64,000 nt of DNA, taken from a bacterium. GTDB taxonomy: Bacteria > Patescibacteriota > Minisyncoccia > UBA6257 > JAGOQP01. Location of the stretch: the NCBI GenBank assembly GCA_021814695.1, contig JAKAHY010000001.1, positions 45,278 through 109,277 of the forward strand, given 5' to 3'. Every line of letters starts with the position of its first letter. Position 1 is the first letter of the stretch. The position numbers were made by a program, and so were the translations under genes. Below, in pieces: positions 1 to 8,817 of this stretch. The notes under the pieces are model-generated. The model made no database searches. It saw only the letters and a list, made by a program, of their open reading frames with translations, and was not told where the DNA came from.

Positions 1-546
1 AAGTATGCTTTTGGATACCTAAAAAAAGAAAACGGAGTCCATCGGCTGGTCAGAATATCGCCATTTTCTCCACAATCCCTGAGGCACACCTCATTTGCTT
101 TAGTTGAAGTTCTTCCCAAAATTGAAGAACATACTCTTAAATTTGACGAAAAAGATTTGAAAGTTGAATTCTTTCGTTCATCCGGCCCTGGAGGACAGAA
201 CGTTAACAAAGTTGAAACAGCCGTGAGAATAGTACATGTGCCTACGGGGTTGGTGGCTTCATCACAAGTCGAACGTTCTCAATCTCAAAACCGGGAATTG
301 GCGATGAAAATTCTTGAGGCAAAGCTGATTCAATTAATGGAAAAGGAGCGGGTGGATGAGATAAATAAACTGAGAATCAAAGTTAAGCCCGAATGGGGGA
401 GTCAAATACGCTCTTATGTGCTTAATCCTTATCAGCTGATAAAAGACCACAGAACGGAATACGAAACCTCTAAAATTCATGAGATTCTTGAAGGTGGATA
501 TTTGGACGACTTTATAGAGGCTGAACTTACAAGTAAGGATATATAA
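1..546 (+). CDS. prfB: Peptide chain release factor 2 (5'-truncated by the window edge)
   Basis: Frame is open from base 1 (KYAFGYLKKENGVHRLVRISPF); has the RF2 SPF tripeptide, GPGGQ motif and WGSQIRSY. Confidence 0.97.
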   Translation, partial: KYAFGYLKKENGVHRLVRISPFSPQSLRHTSFALVEVLPKIEEHTLKFDEKDLKVEFFRSSGPGGQNVNKVETAVRIVHVPTGLVASSQVERSQSQNRELAMKILEAKLIQLMEKERVDEINKLRIKVKPEWGSQIRSYVLNPYQLIKDHRTEYETSKIHEILEGGYLDDFIEAELTSKDI

Positions 547-612
547 AAATTTAAATATATAAAGTCGTTTATATGTTTGCATATTTATATCTTTAAACTA
601 TAATTGATTGGT

Positions 613-1305
613 ATGATAATTTTCCAAGGAGTTTCCAAGGGCTATAAGAGTAATGGCCATGAGTTGTTAGCGCTTGATAACGTCAGCTTTAAAATCAACC
701 CCAAGGAGTTTGTTTCGCTTGTCGGAAAATCCGGAGCCGGCAAATCGACCATAATAAAACTTTTAACCGGAGAAGAAGAGCCTACAAAAGGCCGTATTAT
801 TTTTGGCTCTTACGATGTAACCAAGCTTAAAACCAGTGAAATGTATCAGATGCGCCGGCACATCGGCACTATCTTTCAGGACTTTAAATTGCTTCCGGAA
901 AAGACCGCTTTTGAGAATGTGGCCTTTGCTTTGGAGGCGGCAGGAAGGCCGGAAAGCGAAATCAACGAACTGGTGCCAAAAGCTTTGGATATGGTCGGGT
1001 TGTCTTCAAAAGAGAAAAATTTCCCCAGAGAAATGTCGGGAGGAGAAAAACAAAGGGTGGCAATAGCAAGAGCGATGATTAACAATCCCGATGTTATTAT
1101 TGCCGACGAGCCCACAGGAAATCTGGATCCGATAAACAGCAACGATATTATAAAGTTACTTTTGAAAATCAACGAATTGGGGACAACAATAATTTTAGCA
1201 ACTCACAATAAGGATGTTATAAATAATCTTAGTAAGCGGGTTATCAGCCTTGAATCCGGCCAGATTATCCGCGATGAAGAAGAGGGTAAATATATCTTAT
1301 TTTAG
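613..1305 (+). CDS. ftsE: Cell division ATP-binding protein FtsE
   Basis: Walker A GKSGAGKS, signature MSGGEKQR, ADEPTGNLD; lies upstream of ftsX; ATG at 613 preferred over TTG at 604. Confidence 0.93.
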   Translation: MIIFQGVSKGYKSNGHELLALDNVSFKINPKEFVSLVGKSGAGKSTIIKLLTGEEEPTKGRIIFGSYDVTKLKTSEMYQMRRHIGTIFQDFKLLPEKTAFENVAFALEAAGRPESEINELVPKALDMVGLSSKEKNFPREMSGGEKQRVAIARAMINNPDVIIADEPTGNLDPINSNDIIKLLLKINELGTTIILATHNKDVINNLSKRVISLESGQIIRDEEEGKYILF

Positions 1306-1327
1306 TAATTAATAATCAGTTACCAAA

Positions 1328-2236
1328 ATGATAACTACATTGGCAAGAATAATTAAATACGGGCGACAAAATTTTACCAGAAACGCATGGCTGTCGACGG
1401 CTACAATTGCGATTATGGCATTGGCTCTGACTGTTTTTGGCGGACTGCTTATATTTAACGTCATAACCAAAACAATAATTTCCAGTATAGAAAATAAAAT
1501 TGATATCAGTGTTTATTTTAAAAACACTACCGGAGAAGACGATATACTCAGGATAAAATCTACGCTTTCGAGTTTACCGGAAGTTCAGAACGTTGACTAC
1601 GTTTCAAAAGATCAGGCGTTGGAAATTTTCAAACAAAAACATCAAAGTGATCAGACTATATCTCAGGCAATCAGCCAGTTGAGCGATAACCCTCTTTTAG
1701 CTTCACTCAATATTAAAGCCAGAGACCCGAAAGAGTACCCGGTTATTTCCGCTTATTTAAATAACGATTCAATCCAGCCATTCATAGAAAATGTGTCATA
1801 TTCCCAGAATGCGGACGTTATAGACAGGCTTAATCGGATTTTAAGCACGGCTCAAAAAGGAGGTTGGGGACTAACCATTTTTATGTCCCTTATTGCCATC
1901 CTTATAACGTTTAATACAATTCGTTTGGCTATTTACTCTAACCGAGAGAGCATCAATATCATGCGTCTAGTCGGGGGCTCTAATTTCTTTATTCGCGGAC
2001 CGTTTCTGATTGAAGGAGTCTTGTACGGAGTAATATCGGCGATAATCAGCTTGCTTTTGATGGCCCCAATAATATATTTTGTTTCTCCTTATGCCAACGC
2101 GGTAATTCCCGAGCTTTATTTGTGGAGTTATTTTGCTTCAAGTTTTGTTCTGCTGCTGTTTTACCAGATTCTTTTTGGAATCGGATTGGGATTAGTTTCA
2201 AGCTTTATAGCGATAGGGAAGTATCTTAAGGACTAA
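1328..2236 (+). CDS. ftsX: Cell division permease FtsX
   Basis: 4 TM helices with a large extracellular loop; NTIRLAI..R and IMRLVG..FIRGPF..EG motifs. Confidence 0.93.
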   Translation: MITTLARIIKYGRQNFTRNAWLSTATIAIMALALTVFGGLLIFNVITKTIISSIENKIDISVYFKNTTGEDDILRIKSTLSSLPEVQNVDYVSKDQALEIFKQKHQSDQTISQAISQLSDNPLLASLNIKARDPKEYPVISAYLNNDSIQPFIENVSYSQNADVIDRLNRILSTAQKGGWGLTIFMSLIAILITFNTIRLAIYSNRESINIMRLVGGSNFFIRGPFLIEGVLYGVISAIISLLLMAPIIYFVSPYANAVIPELYLWSYFASSFVLLLFYQILFGIGLGLVSSFIAIGKYLKD

Positions 2237-2298
2237 TAACTACACACGACCAATAATTTATAAATAAAAATAAATCCATCCGAAAGGCTGGATTTTTG

Positions 2299-2340
2299 TT
2301 TGTCCAGGTTATTTCACGATCGTGAAATAACCTGGACAAA
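2299..2340. repeat. Perfect 42-bp palindrome flanked by two similar terminator-like hairpins (2268-2297, 2361-2390)
   Basis: TTTGTCCAGGTTATTTCACGA|TCGTGAAATAACCTGGACAAA is exactly self-complementary. Confidence 0.9.
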
Positions 2341-2387
2341 TGGTTTTATAAATAATTTTAAAATAAATCCAGCCGAAAAGCTGGGTT

Positions 2388-2654
2388 TTATTCTCCGTAG
2401 AGATAGTACGAAAGCGGGCGTGAAAATCTGACAAGAGTTTTGAATTTTTCGAAATCGAACTCCGTCAGTCCAATAGCGATCATGGTCGCTTTACATCCGG
2501 TACTCGAGTGCCGCGCCAAAAGTTTTCGGCGAGCTTCAATGAAGTTGATTTTTATAGGGTCGCGGTCAAGATATAACTTCTGCGTTCCTCTAAAATTACA
2601 ACAGGCACAGATACCCAACATCGTAAAACTTACGTATTGAAATCTATTAGGCAT
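2388..2654 (-). CDS. Hypothetical protein (88 aa)
   Basis: Fills the intergenic gap; CCAGGAG SD upstream of ATG; stop abuts a hairpin. Confidence 0.55.
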   Translation of the reverse strand: MPNRFQYVSFTMLGICACCNFRGTQKLYLDRDPIKINFIEARRKLLARHSSTGCKATMIAIGLTEFDFEKFKTLVRFSRPLSYYLYGE

Positions 2655-2757
2655 GGCCGTTTCTCCTGGTTCTGTATTAATTATATTTTATTAAGTAAGC
2701 TTCTGCAAGAAGTTCAAATGTTGAAAAGAAGCGTTTTTTATTGTATATTTCAGAAAT

Positions 2758-2828
2758 TGCCGGATCGTCTAATGGTAGGACACGTGCCTCTGGAGCACGG
2801 TATCTTGGTTCGAATCCAGGTCCGGCAG
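2758..2828 (+). tRNA. tRNA-Gln (CTG), CCA not encoded
   Basis: Acceptor TGCCGGA/TCCGGCA; anticodon arm CGTGC-CTCTGGA-GCACG; T-loop GTTCGAATC. Confidence 0.95.
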
Positions 2829-2900
2829 CACTACAAAAAATATACCCGCGATGGTATATTTTTTTAGTGCGGGGATTGATTTGAACCGCAATATAAAAAC

Positions 2901-3470
2901 GTGAAAAACGATAATTACACTCAAATATTTTTGGAAACTGTTAAAGACGAAGTCGATTTTTATGAAGTCCAAAAAATATTGAAAGAATATACTCAAGGCA
3001 ATATTTGGCTGATCGGAGGATTTGTTTACAGGAGTATTGTCAAAGGCCTATATGGAACCTCACGCCCGGATATAGATTTAGATTTTATAATAGAAAAACC
3101 AGAAAAAGATATTATATTCCCAGAAAATTGGAAAGAAATTAAGAATAACTACGGCAATACAAAATTCATAAGAAATGATGGGCTGATTGTTGATTTTATC
3201 CCACTAGACAACGTAAATTCTATTATTCGTAGAAATTTAAATTCAACTGTTGAAAACTTTCTGACTGGAACTCCTATGACTATACAATCGATTGCTTACG
3301 ATATTAGTAGGAATATTGTTATAGGGCCAATAGGCCTCAAAGCAATAAAAGATAAAACAGTAGCGATTAATAACATTGAAGAAGCCGAGATTTATGCAAG
3401 AAAGAAGAAGAAATCCATAAAGGAAATTATGCAACAAAAAGCCAAAGAGCTTGGGTTTAGAGTTTTGTAA
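2901..3470 (+). CDS. Stand-alone class II (CCA/poly(A) polymerase-like) nucleotidyltransferase head domain
   Basis: IWLIGGFVYR...DIDLDF (GG..R..DxD) and MTIQSIAYD resembling FTINAMAYD. Confidence 0.7.
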   Translation: MKNDNYTQIFLETVKDEVDFYEVQKILKEYTQGNIWLIGGFVYRSIVKGLYGTSRPDIDLDFIIEKPEKDIIFPENWKEIKNNYGNTKFIRNDGLIVDFIPLDNVNSIIRRNLNSTVENFLTGTPMTIQSIAYDISRNIVIGPIGLKAIKDKTVAINNIEEAEIYARKKKKSIKEIMQQKAKELGFRVL

Positions 3471-3616
3471 TAATCACCAAAAAAGTTATATTGTGGCACT
3501 GGTTTAAATTTTTGGAGTCGGTTTTAAATATATCGCGCAGGAGATCATTTAAAAACCGGTTACTTGTATTAATCCGGTGTTTGCTGATAAACTGAATAAA
3601 CAATTAAAAAATATAT

Positions 3617-3739
3617 ATGGGAAAAAGAAACACCAGCACTGGCAGGCGAAGACCGTCCAATTCGCATAAAACCAAGAAAAGACTGGAAGCAAAAAGGCTT
3701 ATGCTGGAAGCTAAGAAAAAGAAGCGTCACGTAAAATAA
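3617..3739 (+). CDS. Small, very basic protein (40 aa; not in the ORF track)
   Basis: MGKRNTSTGRRRPSNSHKTKKRLEAKRLMLEAKKKKRHVK; A-rich leader; terminator follows. Confidence 0.6.
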   Translation: MGKRNTSTGRRRPSNSHKTKKRLEAKRLMLEAKKKKRHVK

Positions 3740-3752
3740 AATCCAGACAACT

Positions 3753-3776
3753 AAAATCGCCAACAAGGCGATTTTT
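3753..3776 (+). terminator. Intrinsic terminator
   Basis: AAAATCGCC-AACAA-GGCGATTTTT. Confidence 0.7.
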
Positions 3777-3998
3777 GGTATGATAGAAATAGATTTATAT
3801 AAGTCTTTCTGACTTCAGCCGGAATTGATAAATATGCCAGAAATTTACCGCTAATAATGAGAAATAATCTACTATAATAACTGTCTATTTGATGAATGGT
3901 TAAGCCGTGCTATGATGATCGAGTAACACGTTTATTTTTTGGAAGAATAGTCGAACCTCTCAATTATAGATTTATAAAATTAACAATCAATAAAAAAT

Positions 3999-4208
3999 AT
4001 GACTGGCAGTATCAAAAAGATAGTCGAAGGCAAAGATTTTGGATTTATCACTTCCGATGACCAGAAACCTGGTGATAAGGACGTATTCTTTCATAAGGAG
4101 TCTCTTGTTGGAGTGACATTGGATGAACTTAAAGAAGGAGACAAAGTGTCTTACGATGTTGAATCGTCAGATAAGGGACCAAAAGCTGTTAATGTAAAAA
4201 AGGCCTAG
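3999..4208 (+). CDS. Cold shock domain protein
   Basis: KDFGFIT (RNP1), DVFFH (RNP2), KGPKAVNV. Confidence 0.95.
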   Translation: MTGSIKKIVEGKDFGFITSDDQKPGDKDVFFHKESLVGVTLDELKEGDKVSYDVESSDKGPKAVNVKKA

Positions 4209-4220
4209 TTTGCCTCAAAT

Positions 4221-4248
4221 ATAAAAAGACCCATCCGGGTCTTTTTAT
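4221..4248 (+). terminator. Intrinsic terminator
   Basis: ATAAAAAGACCC-ATCC-GGGTCTTTTTAT. Confidence 0.8.
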
Positions 4249-4304
4249 AAAGCTGTAAAAACGTGTCCGGCATGGTATATTTTTGTTACGGTAATACATA
4301 ACCT

Positions 4305-5267
4305 ATGTTAATTGATGATGTTATTATAAAAGTATCGGCGGGCCATGGGGGTAAAGGATCCGCAGTTTTCAATAAAAACATGATGACCTTAGGACCGGCC
4401 GGCGGAAGTGGCGGGAGAGGGGGTAATGTTTATGTCGAAGGCGTTTCGGATTTAAGCGCATTAAATCAGTTTCGGTACAAAAAAGAGATTTCAGCCGAGA
4501 ACGGCCGAGATGGAAGAGGGCAATTCAAAGACGGCAATGACGGGAAAGATTTATTGATGAATGTTCCTATTGGTACGGTTATCCATAATTTGAGTAATGG
4601 AACAGAGATAGAAATAACGAAACTTGGAGAAAGGCTGCTTTTGGCTAAGGGTGGTAATGGCGGAAAAGGAAACTTTCATTTCCGTTCATCCCGAAATACC
4701 TCTCCGACAGAATACCAGTCAGGATTGCCTGGAGAAAAATTCGAGTTTCGTTTGGAACTCAAGCTTATTGCGGATATCGGGCTTGTCGGGCTTCCCAATG
4801 CCGGGAAATCAAGTCTTTTAAATAAAATAACAAGCACTAAGGCTAAAGTGGCCAACTATCCATTTACAACTCTTGAACCGAATCTTGGGGTGTATTACGA
4901 ATTGATTCTGGCAGATATTCCGGGGCTGATAGAAGGGTCTTCAACCGGTAGAGGATTGGGGGTCAAATTTTTGCGCCACATAGAACGAACCAGAATACTT
5001 TTTCATCTGATTTCTTCCGAGTCCGATTCTCCCAAAAGGGATTATAAAATAGTCCGCGATGAATTCGGGGCTTACAATAAGGAACTTTTAAAAAAACCCG
5101 AATATATATTCCTTAGTAAAAGTGATCTGTCGGACGAAAAATCAGTTGAAACAAAACTTAAAGAATTGAAAAAAATAAATCCAAATTCAATCGCCATTTC
5201 CATAAACGACGAGAAAAGCATGGAAAAGGTTAAAAAAATCCTCAATTCCATAAAAGCGGAAAAATAA
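4305..5267 (+). CDS. obgE: GTPase ObgE
   Basis: Gly-rich Obg fold, GLPNAGKS, YPFTTLEP, DIPG. Confidence 0.96.
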   Translation: MLIDDVIIKVSAGHGGKGSAVFNKNMMTLGPAGGSGGRGGNVYVEGVSDLSALNQFRYKKEISAENGRDGRGQFKDGNDGKDLLMNVPIGTVIHNLSNGTEIEITKLGERLLLAKGGNGGKGNFHFRSSRNTSPTEYQSGLPGEKFEFRLELKLIADIGLVGLPNAGKSSLLNKITSTKAKVANYPFTTLEPNLGVYYELILADIPGLIEGSSTGRGLGVKFLRHIERTRILFHLISSESDSPKRDYKIVRDEFGAYNKELLKKPEYIFLSKSDLSDEKSVETKLKELKKINPNSIAISINDEKSMEKVKKILNSIKAEK

Positions 5268-5269
5268 TT

Positions 5270-6256
5270 ATGACGGTGAAAAATATTTATATAGCGACAG
5301 CTTCCGTTTGCGCAGTGATTATTGCGGTATTTGTTTTATACTTTATGTTTTTGAGTTCTCCCGGGGGTGGGGCCGAAACGCGTCAATTTATTGTCGGCAG
5401 AAATCAGACAAGCACTCCTGCAATTATCGGAATGCTTAAAATCCAAGGATTTATCAGAAGCGAATGGGTATTTGACTTACTACTCAATTTTTACGGTTCG
5501 GGGTCAATTTTACCCGGAGGTTATGCCATCTCGAAATCTATGAATGCCTTGGATGTTGCCAAATTACTGTCCAAAAATCCTTCACAATTATGGGTAGTAA
5601 TACCGGAAGGATTAAGAAAAGAAGAAATAGCAAATATTCTTTCTCAAAAACTGGGATGGACCGATTCTCAGAAATCGGAATGGATTACCAAAGATACGAC
5701 GGCCGACTCAAATTATTCAGAAGGAGTATATTTTCCCGATACTTATCTTATACCCGTTGGAGAAACTCCTATCCAAACGGCAAACCGTCTGAGAGCGCAT
5801 TTTGAAGAAAAATTTTCTCCATATTCAAAAACAGCGTCTGAAAAAAATATAAAGTGGACGACAGTACTGACATTGGCATCAATAATTCAGCGGGAGGCAG
5901 CCGGTACGGGCGATATGGCTTTAATTTCTGGAATCCTTTGGAATCGACTCTTGGCTTCGCCGCCGATGAAGCTTCAAATTGATGCTACGGTTCAATATGC
6001 TCGCGGAGATACCGGTGGCGGATGGTGGGCTCCGATTACGGTTGCGGATGAAAATATTAATTCTCCTTACAATACTTATCTTCATTCGGGCCTGCCACCG
6101 CACCCGATCTGTAATCCCGGAATTGAAGCAATCAAGGCTGCCTTGTCGCCGGAGACTACCGATTGCTTATATTACATCCATGATTCATCCGGAATAATAC
6201 ATTGTTCTGCAACTTATAAGGAACATCAGCAAAATATTCAGAAATATTTGAAGTAA
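5270..6256 (+). CDS. mltG: Endolytic transglycosylase MltG
   Basis: N-terminal TM, IPEG, EGVYFPDTY, LASIIQREA, LQIDAT, SPYNTY..GLPP.PICNPG. Confidence 0.93.
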   Translation: MTVKNIYIATASVCAVIIAVFVLYFMFLSSPGGGAETRQFIVGRNQTSTPAIIGMLKIQGFIRSEWVFDLLLNFYGSGSILPGGYAISKSMNALDVAKLLSKNPSQLWVVIPEGLRKEEIANILSQKLGWTDSQKSEWITKDTTADSNYSEGVYFPDTYLIPVGETPIQTANRLRAHFEEKFSPYSKTASEKNIKWTTVLTLASIIQREAAGTGDMALISGILWNRLLASPPMKLQIDATVQYARGDTGGGWWAPITVADENINSPYNTYLHSGLPPHPICNPGIEAIKAALSPETTDCLYYIHDSSGIIHCSATYKEHQQNIQKYLK

Positions 6257-6370
6257 AATTGATTTAAAATACAATTTTACCCCCATTTTAACTACTTGAT
6301 TTAAGCTTCGGCTCAAAGTAAACTGATACTCAGAAATTTGCTTTGACAACTGAAAAAGGAGGAGGAGAGT

Positions 6371-7165
6371 ATGGAAAAAGCCAAAGGGTTTCTCTTTGAT
6401 ATTACCAAATGTAAGCTCTGCGGAGCCTGCTGGATTGCCGATAAAGAACGCAACAAACTGCCGATTCCCGAAGGTGATTTCACGAAAGATAAGCTTTCGG
6501 AAAATGCTTTTTTGGAGATGGACAGAAGGCATGACAGAGGAGTCAGATTTTCCTGTATGCATTGCCTGATTCCTACCTGCGCTTCTGTTTGCCCCGTGGC
6601 TGCTTTCGAAAAGACTTCCATCGGCGCGGTAATTTATCACAAAGACCGTTGCATCGGATGCAGATACTGTGTTTTCGGGTGCCCGTTTAATGTTCCAAAA
6701 TATGAGTGGGATAAACCGCTTCCTTATGTAAGAAAGTGCGATTTCTGTTATTCCAGAATTATTGACGGCAAACAACCGGCATGCGCCCAAGCGTGTCCGA
6801 CAGGAGCCCTGATTTTTGGAAACAGAGATGATTTGATCCTCGAGGCTCATAGGCGCATAAGAGAAAACTCCAATTATGTTGATCATATATATGGTGAGCA
6901 TGAAGTTGGAGGAACGTCTCTTTTGCTGATTTCCGATATTTCCATGTATAAGCTTGGCTATCCGGGAAATTTGTCCGATGGGGCCGTACCGTCTTTGACT
7001 TGGGAAGTTTTGGAAAAGATTCCTAACGTAGTGCTTATAGGCGGAACATTTTTGGCCGGATTGTGGTGGCTTACCAACAGACGAAATGAAGTAATGCAAG
7101 CCGAATCAGGAAAGAAAGATAATTCTTCTGATACCGAGTCCGGAAGCGAGGGAGGTGGAAAGTGA
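6371..7165 (+). CDS. 4Fe-4S dicluster protein, HybA/FdnH/HmcB-like, with C-terminal TM
   Basis: CKLCGAC, CMHC..PTC...CP, CIGCRYC...CP, KCDFC...PACAQACP, IYGEHEVGGT. Confidence 0.9.
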   Translation: MEKAKGFLFDITKCKLCGACWIADKERNKLPIPEGDFTKDKLSENAFLEMDRRHDRGVRFSCMHCLIPTCASVCPVAAFEKTSIGAVIYHKDRCIGCRYCVFGCPFNVPKYEWDKPLPYVRKCDFCYSRIIDGKQPACAQACPTGALIFGNRDDLILEAHRRIRENSNYVDHIYGEHEVGGTSLLLISDISMYKLGYPGNLSDGAVPSLTWEVLEKIPNVVLIGGTFLAGLWWLTNRRNEVMQAESGKKDNSSDTESGSEGGGK

Positions 7166-8724
7166 AAAAACTTCTGAAGTCGGTAAGGCTTTGGTGGCTA
7201 TTACCGATGGCGGTTTTTGGAGCCGGCGGATACAGCATCTTCGTAAGATTCGTTAAAGGACTAGGAGCAAGCACTCATCTTAGCGACTCATTCCCTTGGG
7301 GTCTTTGGGTAGGATTTGATGTTTTGTGCGGAGTAGCGTTAGCTGCGGGAGCTTTTACTTTGAGCGCGGCAGTGTACGTTCTTCATCTTGAAAAATACAA
7401 ACCATTGGTGCGTTCCGCTATCCTGACCGGTACTATCGGATATCTTCTGGTTATTTTCGGTCTGATTATGGATTTAGGACATCCATACCGGATTTGGCAT
7501 CCGCTAATCATGTGGAATCCACATTCGGTGATGTTTGAAATCTCATGGTGTGTAACGCTGTACACGACCGTGCTATTTATGGAGTTCAGTCCGTTTCTGT
7601 TTGAAAAGCTGAAATGGAAAAAAGCTCTTAGGGCAGTGCACGCTGTAATCATTCCGCTTGTAATTTTAGGAGTCGTTCTATCAACGTTGCACCAGTCGTC
7701 ACTGGGGTCACTGTTTCTCATCGTACCTTATAAGCTGAATCCTCTATGGTATACGCCTTGGCTGCCGGTATTTTTCTTTATGTCGGCAATTGCTCTCGGT
7801 TGTGCCATGGTGATTGTTGAATCCTTCATCAGCTCGGTTCTGTTCAGAAGGGGATTGGAAATCGACCTTTTGTCAAATTTGGGCAAGGTTCTTGTTGTTA
7901 TTCTGTCCATTTATGGACTGGCGCGATACCTGGACTTGTCCAGTCGGGGCGCTCTCGGGTTAATTTTCCAACCAGGATTCGAACATGCGATGTTTTTGGC
8001 AGAGATTCTTCTGGCTATCATCGCTCCCATTGGCCTGCTCATATTTCCGAGAGTACGTCGGAATAAACTCGGATTGTTTATGAGTGCCACAATGGTTGTT
8101 GTCGGATTTATTCTCAACCGATTCAATACCAGCATGACCGGAATGGTCCGTTTCTCGGGAGTTAAATATTTACCGAGTTGGATGGAGATATCGGTATCTT
8201 TCATGTTGCTGACGATAGGGTTGATTCTTTTTGCTATAGCAGCCAAGCATTTGAAGATTTTTGACGAAGATTCTCCATGTCTATTACCATGGCAGACATG
8301 CAGGGATAATGTAGTTTGTTGTTTGCCGACTCCGGCCAAGGTTGCAATATTCTCAGCGTGGGCATTTGCATTGGTGCTGATTTGGACAGGAGTCAATGAC
8401 TTTGCAAGATTTAAGCCCTTGAATCATCCTACTCATACCGAATCGGCGGCCAAAAGCGAGCCTAATGATTTATCTCAATACCCTAATCTTCCTAAGGATT
8501 TTACCTTCTCTAAAACTGACCCGGACATTGGTTTGGTGACATTCAGCCATTCTGACCACTTTCTTGTTGGTGCCGAATGCAAGGATTGCCACGAGCATGC
8601 ATTCAGTATTATCAGTACCGATAAGAAAGGCGCAATAACTGATTATCATTCTCAAAAATATTGCGGCAGCTGCCATGACGGTAAATCGGCGAGTAACGAT
8701 TGTATCAGTTGCCACAAGAAATAA
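7162..8724 (+). CDS. NrfD/PsrC (HybB/HmcC-like) membrane protein fused to a C-terminal triheme cytochrome c domain
   Basis: PWGLW.GFD, DLG.P.RIW, SVMFE, LSTLHQSSLG; three CxxCH motifs (CKDCH, CGSCH, CISCH); 4-nt overlap with upstream gene. Confidence 0.9.
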   Translation: MKKLLKSVRLWWLLPMAVFGAGGYSIFVRFVKGLGASTHLSDSFPWGLWVGFDVLCGVALAAGAFTLSAAVYVLHLEKYKPLVRSAILTGTIGYLLVIFGLIMDLGHPYRIWHPLIMWNPHSVMFEISWCVTLYTTVLFMEFSPFLFEKLKWKKALRAVHAVIIPLVILGVVLSTLHQSSLGSLFLIVPYKLNPLWYTPWLPVFFFMSAIALGCAMVIVESFISSVLFRRGLEIDLLSNLGKVLVVILSIYGLARYLDLSSRGALGLIFQPGFEHAMFLAEILLAIIAPIGLLIFPRVRRNKLGLFMSATMVVVGFILNRFNTSMTGMVRFSGVKYLPSWMEISVSFMLLTIGLILFAIAAKHLKIFDEDSPCLLPWQTCRDNVVCCLPTPAKVAIFSAWAFALVLIWTGVNDFARFKPLNHPTHTESAAKSEPNDLSQYPNLPKDFTFSKTDPDIGLVTFSHSDHFLVGAECKDCHEHAFSIISTDKKGAITDYHSQKYCGSCHDGKSASNDCISCHKK

Positions 8725-8817
8725 GAGATAAAAATTAATAATCAACGCAGTTGACTGTTCGGCTAAAAGTATTAAGATGAAGCCAGAAACTCACAACCAA
8801 CCCAAAAAGGAGGAGGC

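Noticed and set aside
2637-2996. ORFs 2637-2867 (+) and 2769-2996 (-)
   Set aside because: They overlap tRNA-Gln(CTG) and are shadow translations
6185-7099. 304-aa antisense ORF, plus other long antisense ORFs (e.g. 26336-27067, 7911-8396)
   Set aside because: They lie opposite well-supported genes and have no recognisable motifs
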